From Phoronis australis (taxonomy: Eukaryota; Animalia; Phoronida): DNA of 64,000 nucleotides. Shown one piece after another: positions 63,501 through 64,000 of this stretch (positions are counted from its first letter, which is position 1; the number at the start of each line of letters is the position of its first letter). The DNA is taken from positions 1,854,727-1,918,726 of the forward strand of contig NMRA01000003.1 in NCBI GenBank assembly GCA_002633005.1. The letters run 5' to 3'. The notes beneath the pieces were generated by a model. The model had not been told where the DNA came from. It searched no databases and was given only the letters and a program-made list of their open reading frames with translations. A program made the position numbers and the translations under genes.

Positions 63501-63955
63501 AATTTGAGCATTGCCAGACAAGGACTGTCAACTAGTAAGAAGCGCCACCTATCCTTACTTGACTGAACCATTATGATTGCTTTCTTTCAAACTCTTCAGT
63601 AAGCTTGTTAGTTATAGTTACAGTTATAGTAAAATGTAAAACAAAATAAAATGCACATAAGTTCATAATGTGTTCATTGCGTTTTCATTAATTTGGATAG
63701 TGACTCTGATTTTCACTATAATGTGCGTGCTTTTACATGTATCCGCTGTATGTTTTATGTCTGTGTACCAGGAGTGTTGGAAATAATGTGAAGGGAATGT
63801 CTGTCAAAACAGTGTCGTGTGTACTGTAACGTGGATAGGCTATTATAGTTTAGCGGATTGTTTTCAGGAGCTCATATACAAATCAGCAAAGTGACAGTTT
63901 TGGGGGAAGTTTAGGTGCTGCTGTCAATGCAAAAACAACGCCTTATGGGGACAAC
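51506..63955 (+). CDS. TOM1L2: TOM1/TOM1L2-family VHS-GAT endosomal adaptor; 3' end continues beyond the window
   Basis: Exons: 51506-51560 ([19 protein letters not shown]), 55311-55395 ([20 protein letters not shown]), 55727-55811 ([12 protein letters not shown]), 56529-56675 ([14 protein letters not shown]), 57109-57243 ([24 protein letters not shown]), 57614-57685, optional 58142-58171, 59700-59912 ([13 protein letters not shown]; GAT), 60440-60518 ([12 protein letters not shown]), 60842-61053 ([23 protein letters not shown]), 62795-62927 (LISFG clathrin-box-like), 63223-63328 ([12 protein letters not shown]), 63868-63955. Confidence 0.93.
52110..52545 (+). mobile_element. Two tandem degenerate tRNA-derived SINE-like units
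   Basis: Both units begin GTAGAGTYGTATAAA..CTYTAAATT, followed by an A-box-like ..AATGGTT(T)GGAT and a B-box-like GTTCAAGTG with tRNA-like spacing (52155-52220 and 52470-52530). No intact cloverleaf. Confidence 0.35.
52983..53325. mobile_element. pogo/Tigger-like MITE (copy 1; second copy at 58659-59127)
   Basis: TA|CCGTAAAATTCTTCAGTTT ... AAACCGGAGAATTTTTACTG; internal CATATTTCTCAAATATCRGACWCTGWGYTTTGTATCAACA is shared with copy 2. Confidence 0.6.
53360..54620 (+). mobile_element. 5'-truncated, decayed L1/Tx1-like LINE (ORF2 3' end, 3' UTR and A-tail) in TOM1L2 intron 1
   Basis: Frameshifted fragments [54 protein letters not shown] and [16 protein letters not shown] (zf-RVT); ends in AATAAAAAAATTAAAAA at ~54608-54624. 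Confidence 0.75.
58142..58171 (+). CDS. Candidate 30-nt in-frame microexon of TOM1L2 ([10 protein letters not shown])
   Basis: TTGCAG|GGTAGATATGCTAAACTGGAGGAGGATGAG|GTGGGG; phase 0-0 matches the flanking exons; two CTCAC branch-like motifs upstream. Confidence 0.55.
58230..58390 (+). repeat. 48-bp tandem repeat, ~3 copies, each containing TACTAAC
   Basis: CTTGTACTAACTGWCATAGTG.. units with TACTAAC at 58260, 58308 and 58356. Confidence 0.85.
58659..59127. mobile_element. pogo/Tigger-like MITE (copy 2)
   Basis: TA|CGGTAAAATTTTTCTAGTTTGGG ... CCCAAAGTGGAAAATTTTTACCA|TA; homologous to 52983-53325. Confidence 0.6.
61386..62665 (+). mobile_element. Helentron/DINE-1 (HINE)-like non-autonomous element in a TOM1L2 intron
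   Basis: 5' TTTTTGTGTCCCC, then hairpin CCCACAT-TTTTAT-ATGTGGG, a (TCCA)n/GTCC microsatellite, and repeated cores ending (G)CCYCCTAGTGGC; T-rich flanks; no TSD seen. The 3' boundary is approximate. Confidence 0.6.
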
Positions 63956-64000
63956 GTAAGTTGAACTGTGAAGAATATGTTTTGTGTAGCCACTTGTCAT

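Overview
Eukaryotic (animal, AT-rich, intron-rich; probably a non-vertebrate bilaterian) genomic DNA, not prokaryotic. Most short ORFs in the track are single exons or noise. Reading splice sites by hand gives five host genes: the 3' part of an outer-arm axonemal dynein beta heavy chain (+, 751-8776), then GID4 (-, 13059-18013), ATPAF2 (+, 18138-37835), DRC3/LRRC48 (-, 39151-48578) and TOM1L2-like (+, 51506 to beyond the window end). The last four have the same order and orientation as the human 17p11.2 block. The most unusual object is in the 15.8-kb first intron of ATPAF2: a 6.6-kb DNA transposon (18855-25480) with ~357-bp terminal inverted repeats, CACAG...CTGTG ends and a perfect 7-bp target-site duplication (P-element-like ends). 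It carries a five-exon, decayed Pif1-family helicase gene and no recognisable transposase. Other points: a U12-type AT-AC intron in DRC3, a GC-AG intron in the dynein, a candidate 30-nt YxxL microexon in TOM1L2 flanked by RBFOX/QKI-type motifs, an RFX X-box upstream of DRC3, an orphan antisense THAP exon, a hAT-like transposase relic, LINE 3' fragments, MITEs and tandem repeats. All identifications come from motif recognition and remembered protein families; no database search was run.
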